From positions 1 through 36,452 of the forward strand of contig CAZRQI010000003.1 in NCBI GenBank assembly GCA_964602025.1: a stretch of DNA of 36,452 nt, in the 5' to 3' direction. Shown piece after piece: positions 35,256-36,452 of the stretch. The stretch comes from an uncultured Veillonellaceae bacterium. Its GTDB lineage: Bacteria; Bacillota; Negativicutes; UBA1444. Under the pieces are notes generated by a model. It saw nothing but the letters and a program-made list of their open reading frames with translations. It was not told where the DNA came from and made no database searches. The number at the start of each line of letters is the position of its first letter. Positions within the stretch are counted from its first letter, which is position 1. Made by a program: the position numbers and the translations under genes.

Positions 35256-36452
35256 TTAGTAGGAAATTTTCGCAGTGGTCGTATTGCCGATTTTCACCCC
35301 ATTGAGAATCGGCTTGACAACCGTAACGTTTTGCAGCGGTTTCGCGGATACCGTAGTCCCCACATAGAAAGCGGCAGTGGTCATTTTAACCGTCCGGTTA
35401 TCGGTGATTGCAGGGTAATTAATCGTTACATTACCCAGTTGAACAGCGCTATTATAATTATATACGGCAATGGCCGCTCCTTTGGCGCTGGTGTTGGCAT
35501 TGATCACCTTGGGATTGTTGATGGTGGTGCTGAAGCCGCGATAGTCGACCGCAACAACGGCCAGTGCGTTTGTTTTCGAATTTGTCCAGGTTGGATTGTT
35601 TACTACGATGGAGCCTGGAATAATTCCCGATCCTCCCGAAATAACCATTCCCTGCTTACTCCCGTTATCCGTGTGATTGGTCACCGTTATGCCGACGGGA
35701 GTGCTCGTTCCCGCCAATGCGCCTATGCTAAGACTGATTCCCGCTGTTTCATTGTTGGCCGTAACCGTGTCCACAATGGAGATGTTCTGCAAAACATCGG
35801 TCTTGCTGCCCGGTTCCACATCAATCCCGGCGGAAGGGGCCTTGCCATTCGTATTGGTCAATTTGGCCCGTACGATGGAGATACCTTGCCCACTAATCAG
35901 GGAGATACCCTGCCGACGGTTGTTGTCGGCGCTGACGTCGATCAGTTTGATGTTCGTCGAGCGCGTTTTCAGGCTACTGCCGAAGGTCGGTCCGTTGCCG
36001 ATGTAGAATCCGTCGCCCCACATGTTGTTGGAAGCCGTTCCGGTGACGGTAACATTGCTGGCGCCAAGGATTGCGACACCGAAGCCGTGTTCACCGCTTG
36101 TTGCTTTGTGAGTCAGCCGGTCGCCCCACAGAACGCCGCCGTTGACATTAACGTTGCTGACGCCGCCGATATGCAGCACTTCATAGTGGGCCGCCGCGTT
36201 GGGAATGACGCCGAGGATGGTCGTAGGCGACATCTGCAAGGTTACGTTGCTTCTGAGTTTTAAGGTTGTCACCGCATCGATGCCATAGGTTCCCGGCGGA
36301 ATCACCACGGTGCCCCCCGTGCTGGGCAGTGAGTTGATCGCCTTCTGGATGGCGGCGGTGTCGTTCGTCGCGCCGTTCCCTTTGGCGCCAAACGTTCTCA
36401 CGTCCACCACAGTTGCCGCTTCGGCTTTGCCAAAGCCAGTCAGGAAATTTTG
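35256..36452 (-). CDS. Secreted right-handed beta-helix protein (pectate lyase superfamily / GH28-55-related), with its 5' end outside the window
   Basis: The frame is open to the right edge. ...FGKAEAATVVDVRTFGAKGNGATNDTAAIQKAINSL..GGTVVIPPGTY is the Pectate_lyase_3 signature, preceded by what looks like the end of a signal peptide (AEA|A). Repeated 'N.T..G' beta-helix coils follow. Confidence 0.8.
   Translation of the reverse strand, partial: QNFLTGFGKAEAATVVDVRTFGAKGNGATNDTAAIQKAINSLPSTGGTVVIPPGTYGIDAVTTLKLRSNVTLQMSPTTILGVIPNAAAHYEVLHIGGVSNVNVNGGVLWGDRLTHKATSGEHGFGVAILGASNVTVTGTASNNMWGDGFYIGNGPTFGSSLKTRSTNIKLIDVSADNNRRQGISLISGQGISIVRAKLTNTNGKAPSAGIDVEPGSKTDVLQNISIVDTVTANNETAGISLSIGALAGTSTPVGITVTNHTDNGSKQGMVISGGSGIIPGSIVVNNPTWTNSKTNALAVVAVDYRGFSTTINNPKVINANTSAKGAAIAVYNYNSAVQLGNVTINYPAITDNRTVKMTTAAFYVGTTVSAKPLQNVTVVKPILNGVKIGNTTTAKISY

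Noticed and set aside
35160-36263. 367-aa plus-strand ORF
   Set aside because: It is entirely antisense to the beta-helix (pectate-lyase-fold) gene, whose product has clear family motifs. Its own translation is Arg/Gly/Val-rich with no recognisable motif and no SD. It is a shadow ORF.

Overview
This is a mostly core-genome chromosomal window from a Bacillota (Firmicutes)-type bacterium. I support 34 protein-coding genes, 30 of them on the minus strand. I saw no rRNA or tRNA genes, no CRISPR array, and no transposase, integrase or phage genes.

Left to right:
1. The first 45 codons of an HTH regulator, co-transcribed behind ppsA (PEP synthase). A perfect 40-bp palindrome lies in the ppsA upstream region.
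2. glyQ-glyS behind a glycine T-box leader with a near-consensus promoter.
3. A small plus-strand gene that an ORF caller misses because of an in-frame TGA-TGC. It is a candidate selenoprotein with a hairpin at the SECIS position.
4. A roughly 12 kb co-directional housekeeping run that mirrors the B. subtilis rpsU...recO neighbourhood: rpsU, yqeY, nfeD, floA, a small membrane protein, a CoA-binding protein, pgpH, ybeY, cdd, era, DUF502, CNNM/CorC, recO, Smr and a REC-STAS-like protein.
5. A tandem glycine riboswitch controlling gcvT-gcvH-gcvPA-gcvPB-lipM.
6. A sigma-54 (-24/-12) promoter driving ald plus an ACT-PAS sigma-54 activator.
7. A c-di-GMP signalling patch: YbjN, REC-HDOD and EAL-HDOD on one strand, and a divergent GT28 glycosyltransferase, PAS-PAS-GGDEF-EAL protein and lactate permease on the other.
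8. The 3' part of a secreted beta-helix (pectate-lyase-fold) protein.

I found no defence island or mobile element. The items most worth a second look are the UGA-containing ORF, the 40-bp palindrome, the sigma-54/ald circuit, the c-di-GMP cluster and the REC-STAS protein. All domain calls come from by-eye motif recognition and none has been checked against a database.
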